DNA of 64,000 bases. Source: Armatimonadota bacterium. Lineage in GTDB: Bacteria > Vulcanimicrobiota > JACPDS01 > JBDRKI01. Positions 30,800-41,136 of the stretch are shown piece after piece. Under the pieces are notes generated by a model. That model ran no database searches. It was given only the letters and a program-made list of their open reading frames with translations, and was not told the origin of the DNA. Position 1 is the first letter of the stretch. Each line of letters opens with the position of its first letter. The stretch lies in contig JBDRKI010000099.1 in assembly GCA_043814095.1 (NCBI GenBank), positions 12,342-76,341 on the forward strand, in the 5' to 3' direction. The position numbers and the translations under genes are program-made.

Positions 30800-32317
30800 T
30801 TAATTAATTTCGGAAGAAATGCTTTCTTTAAACGACATGAAGGAGTCGTGTATAAGCTTCACTATCTCGTCATCAACCGCTTTTCTCTGCTTTATATATT
30901 CAAGCAACTGGGGATACTTGTCTTTTATAAATTTAATATAGCGTCCTTCATACTTTTCAATATTTTTAATCTGCACTTCTCTTAAATATCCGTTTACCGC
31001 AAGATATATAAGGACAATCTGGCTTGCCACATCAACGGGAACAAACTGCTTCTGTTTCAAAACCTGTGTTATTCTTGCGCCTCTTTCAAGCTGTTCCTGG
31101 GACGTTTTATCAAGCTCATCCGATGAAAACTTGGTAAAGGCGGCCAGCTCCCTGTACTGCGCGAGATCAAGACGCAGCGGTCCGGCAACCTGCTTCATTC
31201 CCTTTATCTGCGCGGCGCCTCCGACCCTTGATACGGAAAGCCCGACATCAACCGCGGGTCTTATGCCCTGGTAGAAAAGGTCGGTATCAAGGTATATCTG
31301 GCCGTCGGTAATTGATATAAGGTTGGTGGGGATATATGCCGAGACATCCCCTAACTGCGTTTCAATAATGGGGAGAGCGGTTATAGAGCCGCCGCCCAGA
31401 TCTTCGCTGAGCTTGGCCGATCTTTCAAGCAGTCTTGAATGAAGGTAAAACACGTCCCCGGGATAAGCTTCCCTTCCTGGAGGCCTTCTTAAAAGAAGCG
31501 ATATCTCCCTGTAAGCTTTCGCGTGTTTTGTAAGATCATCATAAATAATAAGGACATCTTTGCCCTGATACATAAAATGCTCCGCCATGGCGCATCCCGC
31601 GTAAGGAGCTATATAGAGCATTGACGGGGGCTCATTGGCGTTAGCGGTTATAATTATGGTGTAATCCATGCATCCGTATTTAGTTAAGGTATCAACTATG
31701 GAGGCGACATTGTTCGTTTTCTGGCCTATAGCCACATAAATGCAGATTACGTTTTCTTCCTTCTGATTTATAATCGCGTCTATCGCTATCGCGGTTTTTC
31801 CCGTCTGCCTGTCGCCTATGATAAGCTCTCTCTGGCCCCTTCCTATGGGCACAAGAGCGTCTATGCATTTTAATCCTGTCTGCAGAGGCGTATCCACCGG
31901 CTGGCGCTGTATAACTTTAGGAGCCGGAAATTCTATCGGTCTGTAAGTTTCCGGCTTTATCTCGCCTTTTTCGTCCACGGGCTGGCCCAGCGCGTTTAAG
32001 ACGCGCCCTTTATAGGCGTCTCCGACGCCTACCTGCACGATACGCCCGGTGCCCTTTACGGGATCCCCTTCTTTAATATGCCTGTCATCACCGAGGATAA
32101 CACAGCCTATGCTGTCTTCCGCCAGGTTAAAAACTATGCCGTAAACTCCACCGGGAAATTCAAGCAGCTCCCCTGCTTTCGCGTCGCTGAGGCCGTATAC
32201 CGTAGCGATATTATCACCTACCTGCATGCAGGTACCGTACTTTATCTCTTCAATTATCGGCCTGTAGTTTTCTATCTCTTTTTTTATTATAGTGCTTATT
32301 TCTTCGGGTCTTATCAT
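30800..32317 (-). CDS. atpA: F1 ATP synthase alpha subunit
   Basis: P-loop GDRQTGKTA, 505 aa. Confidence 0.9.
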   Translation of the reverse strand: MIRPEEISTIIKKEIENYRPIIEEIKYGTCMQVGDNIATVYGLSDAKAGELLEFPGGVYGIVFNLAEDSIGCVILGDDRHIKEGDPVKGTGRIVQVGVGDAYKGRVLNALGQPVDEKGEIKPETYRPIEFPAPKVIQRQPVDTPLQTGLKCIDALVPIGRGQRELIIGDRQTGKTAIAIDAIINQKEENVICIYVAIGQKTNNVASIVDTLTKYGCMDYTIIITANANEPPSMLYIAPYAGCAMAEHFMYQGKDVLIIYDDLTKHAKAYREISLLLRRPPGREAYPGDVFYLHSRLLERSAKLSEDLGGGSITALPIIETQLGDVSAYIPTNLISITDGQIYLDTDLFYQGIRPAVDVGLSVSRVGGAAQIKGMKQVAGPLRLDLAQYRELAAFTKFSSDELDKTSQEQLERGARITQVLKQKQFVPVDVASQIVLIYLAVNGYLREVQIKNIEKYEGRYIKFIKDKYPQLLEYIKQRKAVDDEIVKLIHDSFMSFKESISSEIN

Positions 32318-32335
32318 GACGACACCTCATATTAT

Positions 32336-32884
32336 TTAATTTACGGCTGTTGCTTTTTCCCTAAACTGTTCAAGGTAGTTTCTTAAGCTTCCGTCTATAA
32401 CCACGTCCCCGGCCTTTACGACAATACCGCCTATTAACTCCGGCAGTATGACTTCTTCAACCTCTATTTTTCCGGGTTTTGTTCCGGAAGTTTTATACAG
32501 GGATGTTATGATGTTTTTCTTCTGCTCATCCGTTAATTTATAGGGGGTGTAGGCCTGCACTTTTAAAACCTTGTTGTAATCATCAATAATAGACGAATAT
32601 TCCTTTACAATCACGGGGAGAGTTTTTTCCCTTCTCTTTTTTACCAGCACGTGCAGGAAATTCACAATATCCTGATCCGTGTCTTTAAAAATCTGGGATA
32701 TTATATTATTCTTTACCTGTTTTGATATAACCGCGCAGTTAAAAACCCCCCTTAATTCCATGTTTTTGGAAAACACGTCATTAACATCTGTAAGGATTTT
32801 TTTGTATTCTTCTATTTTATTTTTCTCCAAAGCCATCAAAAAAAGCGCTTCGGCATAAACTTTGGCAATAGTAATATCAACCAT
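32336..32884 (-). CDS. atpH: F1 ATP synthase delta (OSCP) subunit
   Basis: 182 aa. Its position is between the b and alpha genes. Confidence 0.7.
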   Translation of the reverse strand: MVDITIAKVYAEALFLMALEKNKIEEYKKILTDVNDVFSKNMELRGVFNCAVISKQVKNNIISQIFKDTDQDIVNFLHVLVKKRREKTLPVIVKEYSSIIDDYNKVLKVQAYTPYKLTDEQKKNIITSLYKTSGTKPGKIEVEEVILPELIGGIVVKAGDVVIDGSLRNYLEQFREKATAVN

Positions 32885-33394
32885 TTATCTTGCGACTCTC
32901 CTTGTAAATTCATCTATTATCGCGCACTGGGTCTTTTCGTTCATTGATTCTTTAAGTATCTTTGTCGCGACTTCAACCGCAGCCGATGCAATCTGGGCTT
33001 TAAGCTCGTCCTGCGCCCTTTTTCTTTCTCTTTCTATCTCGGCAAAAGCTCTTTCGTTGATGCGCCTTACATCTTCCCTTCCGGATTCCACAATCTCGGT
33101 CTTTTCTTTCTGGGCTTCATTTACGGCATCCTGAAGAACTTTCGCCGCTTCGGTTTTTGCCCCGGCCATCTTGGACTCATACTCTTCCTTAAGCTTAATT
33201 GCCTGCGCATTAATGCTGTCGGCTTCATCCAGAGTATCCCTTACCTGTTTCTCTCTTTGTGATATTGCCGCTTTCAGCGGCTTGTAGAGAAAAGCGTTTA
33301 AGAAGAAAAGCAGGATAAAAAAATTAATAATCTGGATAATAATAGTCGGATAACTAAATTCTAAAAGAGTTCCCTGCATGTGATTACCCCTCAA
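32885..33394 (-). CDS. atpF: Fo ATP synthase b subunit
   Basis: N-terminal TM helix followed by a long charged helix. 169 aa. Confidence 0.7.
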   Translation of the reverse strand: MRGNHMQGTLLEFSYPTIIIQIINFFILLFFLNAFLYKPLKAAISQREKQVRDTLDEADSINAQAIKLKEEYESKMAGAKTEAAKVLQDAVNEAQKEKTEIVESGREDVRRINERAFAEIERERKRAQDELKAQIASAAVEVATKILKESMNEKTQCAIIDEFTRRVAR

Positions 33395-33461
33395 ACCGGC
33401 AAATAACAGAAAACGGACACCCCTTCTGCAGGAACGCCGTATCTTCTGCTAAAGCCGTTTA

Positions 33462-33695
33462 TTACTTTCCCACTATCCATAAAAGGATTGAGATAAGAAG
33501 CGCGTAAAGACAGAGTGATTCAATAAAAGCAAGACCGATAAGCAGGGCGGTCTGAATCTTTCCCGATGCTTCGGGATTTCTGCCGATTGCTTCCATCGCT
33601 TTGCCGATTGCATTGCCCTGCGCAAGCGCCGCGCCGAACGCGCCGAACGCTATTGCCAGCGCTGCTCCTATTAACGCAAAAAATGCTTTTTCCAT
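33462..33695 (-). CDS. atpE: Fo ATP synthase c subunit
   Basis: 77 aa two-helix hairpin with the conserved carboxylate in helix 2 (LAFIESLCLYAL). Confidence 0.85.
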   Translation of the reverse strand: MEKAFFALIGAALAIAFGAFGAALAQGNAIGKAMEAIGRNPEASGKIQTALLIGLAFIESLCLYALLISILLWIVGK

Positions 33696-33750
33696 GTTTT
33701 CTCCTCCTAATTTATTTTTTATTAAAAAACCCGCTCTTGCGGGATAAATC

Positions 33751-34662
33751 CTAATGATCCTCAGTTACTATATGGGCTATGTATGAAAGCGAAAGAACCA
33801 TAAATATCATTGCCTGTATAAATCCGGTAAGGCCACCTATAACGGTTACAAAGGCCGAATTAAACCACACAAGAATTTTCGTTGTTCCGGTAATAAAATT
33901 AAGCTGGCCGGCCATAACAACGAGCCCCAGGAATACAGAGAGCGCAAGATGCTCGCCCATGACATTTCCCATAAGACGGATGCTCAGAGATAAAACCCTT
34001 GCCAGTTCTTCGATAATGTTCAACACAAAGAAAAGAACCAGCAGAAACGGGCACAGTATGTATTTAATCGCACCGTCCATGCTGGACCATATAACCGGTA
34101 CCGGATAAAAATAATGGGCGAACCATCTCCAGAAGCCTATCAGATATTTTTTCGGGCCCTTTAAATTTTCCTCTGTCTTAACTTTTTTAAGGGCATTAGC
34201 CATGCCGTAATAAGTAAACCCGAGAAACGAAACCAGCGCATAAGCAACTGTGGTATTAATATCTCTTGAGGGCGGTATGAAGGTCGGAATCATTGCTATC
34301 CAGTTGGCACATAAGATAAAAAGAAATATCGTCATGGCAAATGGGATATAGTTTTTGCCCTTGGGGCCCATCATGCTCTGCGCAAAGCCGCCCACCCAGT
34401 TATAGATAATCTCAAACATACACTGAAAGGGGCGGGGTATAATTCTTGACCTTCTGCCGGCAATAAATCCTATAATTATAAGCAGGAGTATTATTCCCCA
34501 TGAATACACCAGTGTGTCAAGATGAACTTTATACCCAAAAAGATAGGCATTACAGAATCCCATGGCATGCTCGCCTATAGAACCGCCGTGAGAAGCCGCC
34601 GCCTGCGCGCCTTGATGCGCGCCTTCCGTGGCTACAGTTGCTGTTGAAACACCGTGCGCCAT
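33751..34662 (-). CDS. atpB: Fo ATP synthase a subunit, possibly with an N-terminal extension
   Basis: Polytopic protein with the conserved LSLSIRLMGNV(M)GEH region. The first ~35 codons are unusually GC-rich, and the true start may be an internal Met. Confidence 0.8.
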   Translation of the reverse strand: MAHGVSTATVATEGAHQGAQAAASHGGSIGEHAMGFCNAYLFGYKVHLDTLVYSWGIILLLIIIGFIAGRRSRIIPRPFQCMFEIIYNWVGGFAQSMMGPKGKNYIPFAMTIFLFILCANWIAMIPTFIPPSRDINTTVAYALVSFLGFTYYGMANALKKVKTEENLKGPKKYLIGFWRWFAHYFYPVPVIWSSMDGAIKYILCPFLLVLFFVLNIIEELARVLSLSIRLMGNVMGEHLALSVFLGLVVMAGQLNFITGTTKILVWFNSAFVTVIGGLTGFIQAMIFMVLSLSYIAHIVTEDH

Positions 34663-34725
34663 ATTTTAATCCCTCTTTATAGTTAAAAATTTCACAATCA
34701 CTGACATAAAAATAAAAGCTGTCCG

Positions 34726-35010
34726 TCAGGCCAAACTCTTACTTTTATAAATTCTGTATTTAATATATACCTGCATCAGGAACCATCCTGAAATTATACA
34801 CCAGATATTTAATTTTACATAAATAACAAAAAATATCAAGACCAGGACCTCAATTATAAGTTTCACCCCGAGCATAGCGGACCAAAAAACTCTTTTATTA
34901 CAGTATTTTTTGAAAACAAGGTCCAGTATTTTTTTTAAGCTTATAAAACTTAAATATGATATTAAAACACCTAATATGAAACTTATAATATATATTAATA
35001 CCTTTTCCAT
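34726..35010 (-). CDS. Small membrane protein, AtpI/AtpZ-type ATP synthase operon-associated protein
   Basis: 94 aa, three hydrophobic helices, and located upstream of atpB. Confidence 0.4.
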   Translation of the reverse strand: MEKVLIYIISFILGVLISYLSFISLKKILDLVFKKYCNKRVFWSAMLGVKLIIEVLVLIFFVIYVKLNIWCIISGWFLMQVYIKYRIYKSKSLA

Positions 35011-35015
35011 CGTAA

Positions 35016-35297
35016 TTAACTTTTCAGGAACGGCTTTATTAATTTAAATGCCGCATACGCGCCTATAAGTATTCCCATGATAACAAAAAGAGGAAAATAA
35101 AGATCGTTCCCTGTTTTGTCCGAGATATAGTTGCCTGCCAGTATTCCGAATACTATGCAAATGACCATCGTAAAACCCAGCGACATACCCAGGTTAAGAC
35201 TGCTGGCAAATGCTTTGTTGTACTTTTTGTCTTCCGGCCCTCTTGCCTCTTCAATTTTTTCTTTCAGGAGTTCCGGCGTTATTTTTTCTTTGTTCAT
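35016..35297 (-). CDS. AtpZ/AtpI family small membrane protein (putative F0F1-ATPase-associated subunit)
   Basis: 93 aa with two TM helices. It is the first gene of the atp operon. Confidence 0.45.
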   Translation of the reverse strand: MNKEKITPELLKEKIEEARGPEDKKYNKAFASSLNLGMSLGFTMVICIVFGILAGNYISDKTGNDLYFPLFVIMGILIGAYAAFKLIKPFLKS

Positions 35298-36436
35298 TCT
35301 TTATACTCTTTCACTTTCTTTTTCGTTTCTCCGAAATAATTTAAAATTATGCCCGTTATTCTTTCGGCGGCGCGCCCGTCACCGTAGGGATTCATTGTCT
35401 TTGACATTTTTAAATACACTTTTTTATTCGTTAAAAGCTTATTCGCCAAACTAAAAATCTTATCGGTATCCGTCCCCGCCAGAACGGCAACCCCTTTTTT
35501 TATTCCTTCCGGGCGCTCGGTTGTTTTTCTTAAAACAAGAACCGGTTTTCCTAAAGAGGGGGCTTCTTCCTGTATCCCGCCGGAATCGGTCAGTATAATA
35601 TACGAGGCATTAAGGTATTTAACAAGCTCCGGATACGGGAGCGGTTCTAAAAGATTAACCCTGTCAATTCCCTTAAGCACGGAATACACCGTTTCCCTGA
35701 CTTTGGGATTTTTATGCACGCTGAAAACAATCTCAACGTCTTTAAATTTTTCTACTATCTTTTTAAGCCCCGTACACATATCGTGCATTGGAGAACCCAG
35801 GTTTTCCCTCCTGTGGGCTTCTACAAAAATTATCTTTCTTTTTTTGCTTTTTATTCTGTCAATAAGATCTATATGTTTTCTCTTTTCCTTTTTCAATACA
35901 TAGTAAAGCGCGTCTATAACCGTATTGCCCGTTATGTATATATTGTCTTTTATCCCGCACTTTACAAGATTATTGTATGCCCATTTTGTGGGCGCAAAAT
36001 GAAGCCGGGAAACAACAGATACAAATCTCCTGTTGACTTCTTCGGGATAGGGATTATGTATGTCATCTGTGCGCAGACCCGCTTCAATATGCCCTACCGG
36101 TATTTTATGGTAAAATGCGGCAAGCGCGGATGCAAAAGCGCTTGTCGTATCTCCCTGCACAAGCACGATATCGGGGGAAAATTTATCTAAAATTTTTCCC
36201 ATGCCGGTAAGAGCTCTTGAAGTTATGTCAAAAAGCGTCTGGTTTTTCTGCATTATGTTAAGATCCGCATCCGGTTTTAAATTAAACAAAGATAAAACCT
36301 GATCCAGCATATGCCTGTGCTGGGCGGTAACGACTATTTTTGAATCTATTTTTTTATTCTTTGAAAACTCAAGCAAAACCGGAGCCATCTTTATGGCTTC
36401 AGGCCTTGTGCCGAAAACAGTCATGACTTTTATCAT
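35294..36436 (-). CDS. wecB: UDP-N-acetylglucosamine 2-epimerase (non-hydrolysing)
   Basis: N-terminus KVMTVFGTRPEAIKMAPV, 380 aa. Confidence 0.85.
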   Translation of the reverse strand: MIKVMTVFGTRPEAIKMAPVLLEFSKNKKIDSKIVVTAQHRHMLDQVLSLFNLKPDADLNIMQKNQTLFDITSRALTGMGKILDKFSPDIVLVQGDTTSAFASALAAFYHKIPVGHIEAGLRTDDIHNPYPEEVNRRFVSVVSRLHFAPTKWAYNNLVKCGIKDNIYITGNTVIDALYYVLKKEKRKHIDLIDRIKSKKRKIIFVEAHRRENLGSPMHDMCTGLKKIVEKFKDVEIVFSVHKNPKVRETVYSVLKGIDRVNLLEPLPYPELVKYLNASYIILTDSGGIQEEAPSLGKPVLVLRKTTERPEGIKKGVAVLAGTDTDKIFSLANKLLTNKKVYLKMSKTMNPYGDGRAAERITGIILNYFGETKKKVKEYKE

Positions 36437-36445
36437 ATCATCCTC

Positions 36446-37432
36446 TTAGGTAAATACTATATATAAACCAAACAGACATAACAGTGCGTTAATTATATAT
36501 ATGGTTAAAACCACCTTCTTGTGCGAAAGCCCCATGTTTAATAATTTATGATGCAGGTGTTCTTTGTCCGCTTTAAATATTGACTGCCCCTTAAACATTC
36601 TCCTGGTAACCGCATAGGTTGTGTCAAAAATAGGTATCCCCATAATAATTATGGGGATAATAAAGACCATTGTGGCAGCCACCTTAAAAGCCCCCATTAT
36701 TGACAATGACGAAAACACCATCCCTATGAAAAGGCTCCCCCCGTCGCCTAAAAATATTTTAGCAGGATAAAAATTATATTTTAAAAATCCCAGGGCCGAA
36801 CCGGCAAGGGCAAGCATAAGAACTGTTACGGCCATCTGTCCCTTGGACGCGGTAATTACGGCGAAAGCAACCGCGGATATCGCCGTTACGCCGCAAAGAA
36901 GGCCGTCCAGACCGTCAAGAAAATTAAGGGCGTTTGTCAGCCCCACAATCCAGATCAGTGTTAAAACCAGGCTTATGCCTTTATTAAGGTACAAGATTTT
37001 AACTTGCGGCAGGGATATAAAATCTATTGAGAACCCGAAATAATAAAGCGCGCAGGCTATGCATATCTGGAAAAGAAGTTTTATTTTCGCCGATAGATTT
37101 TTTTTATCGTCAATTAATCCTATTATAAGTATTGTCGTGCCGCATATAAATAAACCTATAAGCTTGTTTACGGTGCCGGCAACGTTTCCTACGGAAAAAC
37201 TTCCATGAGAATGAAACATAATAAACGCTATGAGAAGAAGAACCGTTAAAAAGAATCCCAGGTATACGGCCACCCCTCCCCCGAGAGGAATGGGTTTTTT
37301 ATGCACTTTCCTTGCCGCCGGAGCGTCCAGCAGTTTGTGTTTTTCAGCCGCTTTTTTTACTGCCGGAGTAACCAGAACGGTTATTATTAAACTTCCAAGA
37401 AACGCGGCTATAAATAAAAAATTGTAGTTCAA
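36446..37432 (-). CDS. wecA: Undecaprenyl-phosphate GlcNAc-1-phosphate transferase (glycosyltransferase family 4, WecA/MraY superfamily)
   Basis: Polytopic membrane protein with MraY/WecA family motifs (LIDD, NALNFLDGLDGL). 328 aa. Confidence 0.7.
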   Translation of the reverse strand: MNYNFLFIAAFLGSLIITVLVTPAVKKAAEKHKLLDAPAARKVHKKPIPLGGGVAVYLGFFLTVLLLIAFIMFHSHGSFSVGNVAGTVNKLIGLFICGTTILIIGLIDDKKNLSAKIKLLFQICIACALYYFGFSIDFISLPQVKILYLNKGISLVLTLIWIVGLTNALNFLDGLDGLLCGVTAISAVAFAVITASKGQMAVTVLMLALAGSALGFLKYNFYPAKIFLGDGGSLFIGMVFSSLSIMGAFKVAATMVFIIPIIIMGIPIFDTTYAVTRRMFKGQSIFKADKEHLHHKLLNMGLSHKKVVLTIYIINALLCLFGLYIVFT

Positions 37433-37983
37433 GACAGGCCTTCCGCTTCTTTGCTGGCCGGAGCTTGAGAAGCCATACAGGACAGGACAACTTTATTGCC
37501 GCCTGAGTCTTTTGCCCCCAAAATGGCGTCATGCCCCGCTGAAATCAGCTCGTCTATCGTAGAACCGCATTCCGGATACGAAACAACTCCCACATTTATA
37601 GCAACCTTTATCTCCGGCACATTCGCGGTGCCTATGAATGTGTGCTCTTCAACAGCTTTGCGCAAACGCTCTCCGGCGATTCTGGCGCCTTCGAGCGGGG
37701 TCTCCGGCAGAATGGCGATAAAAGTCTCGCCGCCGTATCTTCCCGCGAGGTCAACCGTTCTGTATATTTTCAGTATGAGAGCTCCGAACTGTTTTAAGAT
37801 AGAATAAGAAACTCCCCATTTTACGTCATAATCCTTGATAAAATAATTATAGTCTAACTCAAAAAGAAGAAGAGCCAGCGGCCTTTTATACCTTTTAGCC
37901 CGCTCAAGTTCATTAGTAAGCCTTTTTTCGAAATACTTCTTATTGTAAAGCCCTGTGAGTTTATCAATAAGACTATCCTGCAT
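37429..37983 (-). CDS. Stand-alone GGDEF domain protein with a degenerate active site (GGETF) and an intact I-site (RTVD). Likely a c-di-GMP-binding effector rather than an active cyclase.
   Basis: DKLTGLYNKKYFEKRL...RYGGETFIAILPET. RxxD lies five residues upstream of the GG(D/E)EF position. The second catalytic acidic residue is Thr. Confidence 0.6.
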   Translation of the reverse strand: MQDSLIDKLTGLYNKKYFEKRLTNELERAKRYKRPLALLLFELDYNYFIKDYDVKWGVSYSILKQFGALILKIYRTVDLAGRYGGETFIAILPETPLEGARIAGERLRKAVEEHTFIGTANVPEIKVAINVGVVSYPECGSTIDELISAGHDAILGAKDSGGNKVVLSCMASQAPASKEAEGLS

Positions 37984-38002
37984 AATAACCTCTCAAATAT
38001 CC

Positions 38003-39427
38003 TTAAAAGCTTTTCCCGACACCGAATATGGAAGTTTTAAGCTGGGGATCAAACACATTTCTCTGGCCGCCCAGAAGGTAAAACCCCGCGCCCACTTTAA
38101 CCCTTCCTATGGCATCTACTTTTGTATTTTGAGTATCATAAGCATCAACCGATACTTCAAAGAATTTTCCTATCCTGGTGTCAAAGCCTATGCCGAGATT
38201 AGACCTTATTATGCCGAGTCTCGGGAATATCATGTCTTTATAATTAGTACCGGCCTGGAGATTATATAATGCGCCGTGACCTATATTGTCCGCTCCTATT
38301 TTATAATTCATTTTTCCGTCAGGGAAAAGCCTTAGATTCATATTGGGGGTTGAAAGTCCGGTTGCCTTAACCCATTCACCCTCAACATCCAGCCTGAATA
38401 ATTTATTTTTCTTCTCCCCGTCACCGCCGATTATGTCATTTACGTTTGAAAACATTACATTGGCCTGGTGAACCGTCTTTTTTGCTTCGCTTATTGTTTC
38501 TTTTAAGTCCTGCCTTATCTGCGGGTCGCTTGTTATTATCCTTATATCCGACGCTATGCCGGCTATGTTCTCCGACGCATCCTTTATGTTTGAAAGAGTA
38601 GCGGCTATATCTTCACTGAACTCTTCTTTGGTTACTATCTCATTTATTTTAGCAACCGCTGAATTTAAATTTACGGACATCTCTTTTATGTTCGTGACAA
38701 TAACCTTCAGGTCATCTTCGTTATGGTTTGCCATCCTGTTAACAGAACCGCTGAACCCCATAAGGTCGGAAGTTATCCTGTCAACAGAGCCCCTAAGATC
38801 GGCAACCATGCCTTTAACATCATTGCTTATTGATGATATGCTGCTGTCTATATTTTTAGACGCGCTGTAGAAATTTGATACCGTTCCCTTGAATTCCGCC
38901 TGCATCTTAGGATCGCCCACCAGCTTATTTATCTGGGCTACGGCTTCCCTTAACTGCCTTAAAGTCTGCTGTCCTTCAACAAGCATTCTTTCAACCGATA
39001 CCGGCGGCTGACCAAGAACTATATCTCCGGGGTTAAGGGGCGCCGCGGGTATCTGCGGACCGGAGAGCCCCTCCTCTTTGGGCCTGGGATATATCTCAAC
39101 CCATTTGTCGCCGAATAAAGACCCTAAAATAGTAAATATGGCATCTTTCTCTATCTGCAGTCCCTTATATGTTATTATAAGGGTGACCTCCACCCTGCCG
39201 TTCGGCAGTATCTCTATCTTCTTAACCTTGCCGACGGTAACACCCGAGAGAGAAACCTTGGCCTGTGGCTGAAGCCCGGCTATCTGATCAAAGACAACTC
39301 CTATCTCGTAACCGCTCTCCCTGTCCTTCCAGCTGCCTATCTGCGAGAATATAAGACCTACGATTATCAATGCCAGCAAAGTGATCATTCCTACTTTCGC
39401 CGCTGATGAAATTTCCAAAACCATCAC
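38003..39427 (-). CDS. mlaD: MCE-domain protein (MlaD family), with a long helical region and a beta-rich C-terminal extension
   Basis: N-terminal TM, then an Mce domain (VGVVFDQIAGLQPQAKVSLSGVTVGKV). 474 aa versus ~180 for typical MlaD. The C-terminus ends IFGVGKSF. The gene is adjacent to mlaF and mlaE. Confidence 0.7.
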   Translation of the reverse strand: MMVLEISSAAKVGMITLLALIIVGLIFSQIGSWKDRESGYEIGVVFDQIAGLQPQAKVSLSGVTVGKVKKIEILPNGRVEVTLIITYKGLQIEKDAIFTILGSLFGDKWVEIYPRPKEEGLSGPQIPAAPLNPGDIVLGQPPVSVERMLVEGQQTLRQLREAVAQINKLVGDPKMQAEFKGTVSNFYSASKNIDSSISSISNDVKGMVADLRGSVDRITSDLMGFSGSVNRMANHNEDDLKVIVTNIKEMSVNLNSAVAKINEIVTKEEFSEDIAATLSNIKDASENIAGIASDIRIITSDPQIRQDLKETISEAKKTVHQANVMFSNVNDIIGGDGEKKNKLFRLDVEGEWVKATGLSTPNMNLRLFPDGKMNYKIGADNIGHGALYNLQAGTNYKDMIFPRLGIIRSNLGIGFDTRIGKFFEVSVDAYDTQNTKVDAIGRVKVGAGFYLLGGQRNVFDPQLKTSIFGVGKSF

Positions 39428-39440
39428 CCCTTCATTATGT

Positions 39441-40187
39441 CTATACCTTTATCGGTCCTTTTATGCTTCCGTGAATAAACTGCTGTACAACCGGATCTTT
39501 TGACTTTATAAACTCATCTTTTGTGCCGCATGCCACTATCTTGCCGTTATACAGCATGGCTATTTTATCACCTACCTGATACGCGCTCTCTAAATCATGA
39601 GTAACGACAACCGAGGTCGCGCTTAATCGTTTTTTTAAATCATTTATCAAGCCGCTTATAACATTGCTCATTATGGGATCAAGCCCCGTTGTGGGCTCAT
39701 CATAAAGTATTACCTCCGGTTTTATGGCTATAGTCCTGGCAAGAGACGCCCTTTTCTGCATGCCCCCGGAAAGCTGTGCCGGCATAAGATGCGATTTGCC
39801 TTCAAGATCCACGATAGAGAGCATCTCGCCCACAACCTGCTGTATCTCTTCTTCCTTCATGTGGGTGGCAAATTCCCTTAACCCGAACGCCACATTGTCC
39901 CCCACGTTAAGCGAGTCAAAAAGAGCCGGGCTCTGAAAAACCATTCCTACTTTTCTTCTTACCCTATCAAGTTCTTTACCCGAAAGGTTTGTTACATTTT
40001 TTCCCTCTATATATATATCACCACTAAAAGGCCTTAAAAGTCCTGTTATGGCCTTAAGAAGGGTGCTTTTGCCCACCCCGCTCAAACCCATAACAACAAG
40101 AGTCTCGCCTTTTTCAACGTCCAGGTTTATATTCTTTAATATGTCTTTTGATCCGAGCCTTATAACAAGGTTTCTTATCTTTATCAT
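39441..40187 (-). CDS. mlaF: ABC transporter ATP-binding protein MlaF
   Basis: Walker A GLSGVGKST, signature LSGGMQKR, 248 aa. Confidence 0.8.
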   Translation of the reverse strand: MIKIRNLVIRLGSKDILKNINLDVEKGETLVVMGLSGVGKSTLLKAITGLLRPFSGDIYIEGKNVTNLSGKELDRVRRKVGMVFQSPALFDSLNVGDNVAFGLREFATHMKEEEIQQVVGEMLSIVDLEGKSHLMPAQLSGGMQKRASLARTIAIKPEVILYDEPTTGLDPIMSNVISGLINDLKKRLSATSVVVTHDLESAYQVGDKIAMLYNGKIVACGTKDEFIKSKDPVVQQFIHGSIKGPIKV

Positions 40188-40210
40188 AACCCTTTACCTT
40201 AATTTATTAT

Positions 40211-40981
40211 TTAAAACAACCATGCGGACATAAAATAATTCGTGACAAAAACAAGTATTATTGAATATACAACGGAACCGGTAGTAGCCTTACCGACACC
40301 GGCGGCCCCGCCTGAAGTATTTAATCCCTGGAAACAGCTTATCAGGGCTATCTCTACGGCAAACACGGCGGCTTTGTAAAGCCCGCCCCATAAATCCTGC
40401 ATATCAAGCATTGTTCTTATGGAATCAAAAAATGTATGGTACTGCACATTAGCCATATATTTCGCCACAATGGCTCCGCCAACTGTCCCGAAAAGATTCG
40501 CAAATAACGTAAGTATGGGTATCATAACAATGCACGCCAGCAATCTGGGCACAACAAGCTGTTTAACCGGGCTTACCGCCATGGCCTTAAGAGCGTCTAT
40601 CTGCTCGGTAACTTTCATCGAACCAATCTCCGCCGTAATGGCGCTGCCCGCCCTGCCCGCCACAACTATGGCCGTAAGCATCGGGGCAAATTCCCTGCCC
40701 ATGGCCATTGCGACACCGCCGCCCACAAGAGTGCCGACACCGTATTTTACGGCCAGCTGGGCAAGCTCAAGCGATATAACCATACCGGCAAAACAGGTTG
40801 TAAGGACAACTATGGATAAAGAGTTAACCCCCAGTATGGCCATCTGGTCAAGGGTCAGATTAATTTTTACGTTGCCTTTAAATATATATGAAAGTGTTTC
40901 AAAAAAAAGCATTACTATGCCGCCGATATAATCGAACAGCCTTATTAACCATAACCCTATATCTTCAAATATTGCAAACAT
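40211..40981 (-). CDS. mlaE: ABC transporter permease MlaE
   Basis: 256 aa polytopic permease with MlaE-like topology, adjacent to mlaF. Confidence 0.75.
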   Translation of the reverse strand: MFAIFEDIGLWLIRLFDYIGGIVMLFFETLSYIFKGNVKINLTLDQMAILGVNSLSIVVLTTCFAGMVISLELAQLAVKYGVGTLVGGGVAMAMGREFAPMLTAIVVAGRAGSAITAEIGSMKVTEQIDALKAMAVSPVKQLVVPRLLACIVMIPILTLFANLFGTVGGAIVAKYMANVQYHTFFDSIRTMLDMQDLWGGLYKAAVFAVEIALISCFQGLNTSGGAAGVGKATTGSVVYSIILVFVTNYFMSAWLF

Positions 40982-41107
40982 AAGTTTTTAATTTCTTTAT
41001 AATAAAAATTATTCCTTTTTTATTAAACTTAACAATCATTATAAATTTTTTACACCGATAATCTAAGAAAAGTTACCGCCAAAAAGAACACTTGTTCGGT
41101 TTTCAAA

Positions 41108-41136
41108 TTGACAAAATACCCCGTTCTGATATAATT
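41108..41136 (+). promoter_or_regulatory. Consensus sigma70-type promoter (TTGACA - 17 bp - TATAAT)
   Basis: TTGACA at 41108..41113 and TATAAT at 41131..41136 with exactly 17 bp between them. A short hairpin TCAGGtctcatCCTGA plus a T-tract follows, before the SLT gene. Confidence 0.5.
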
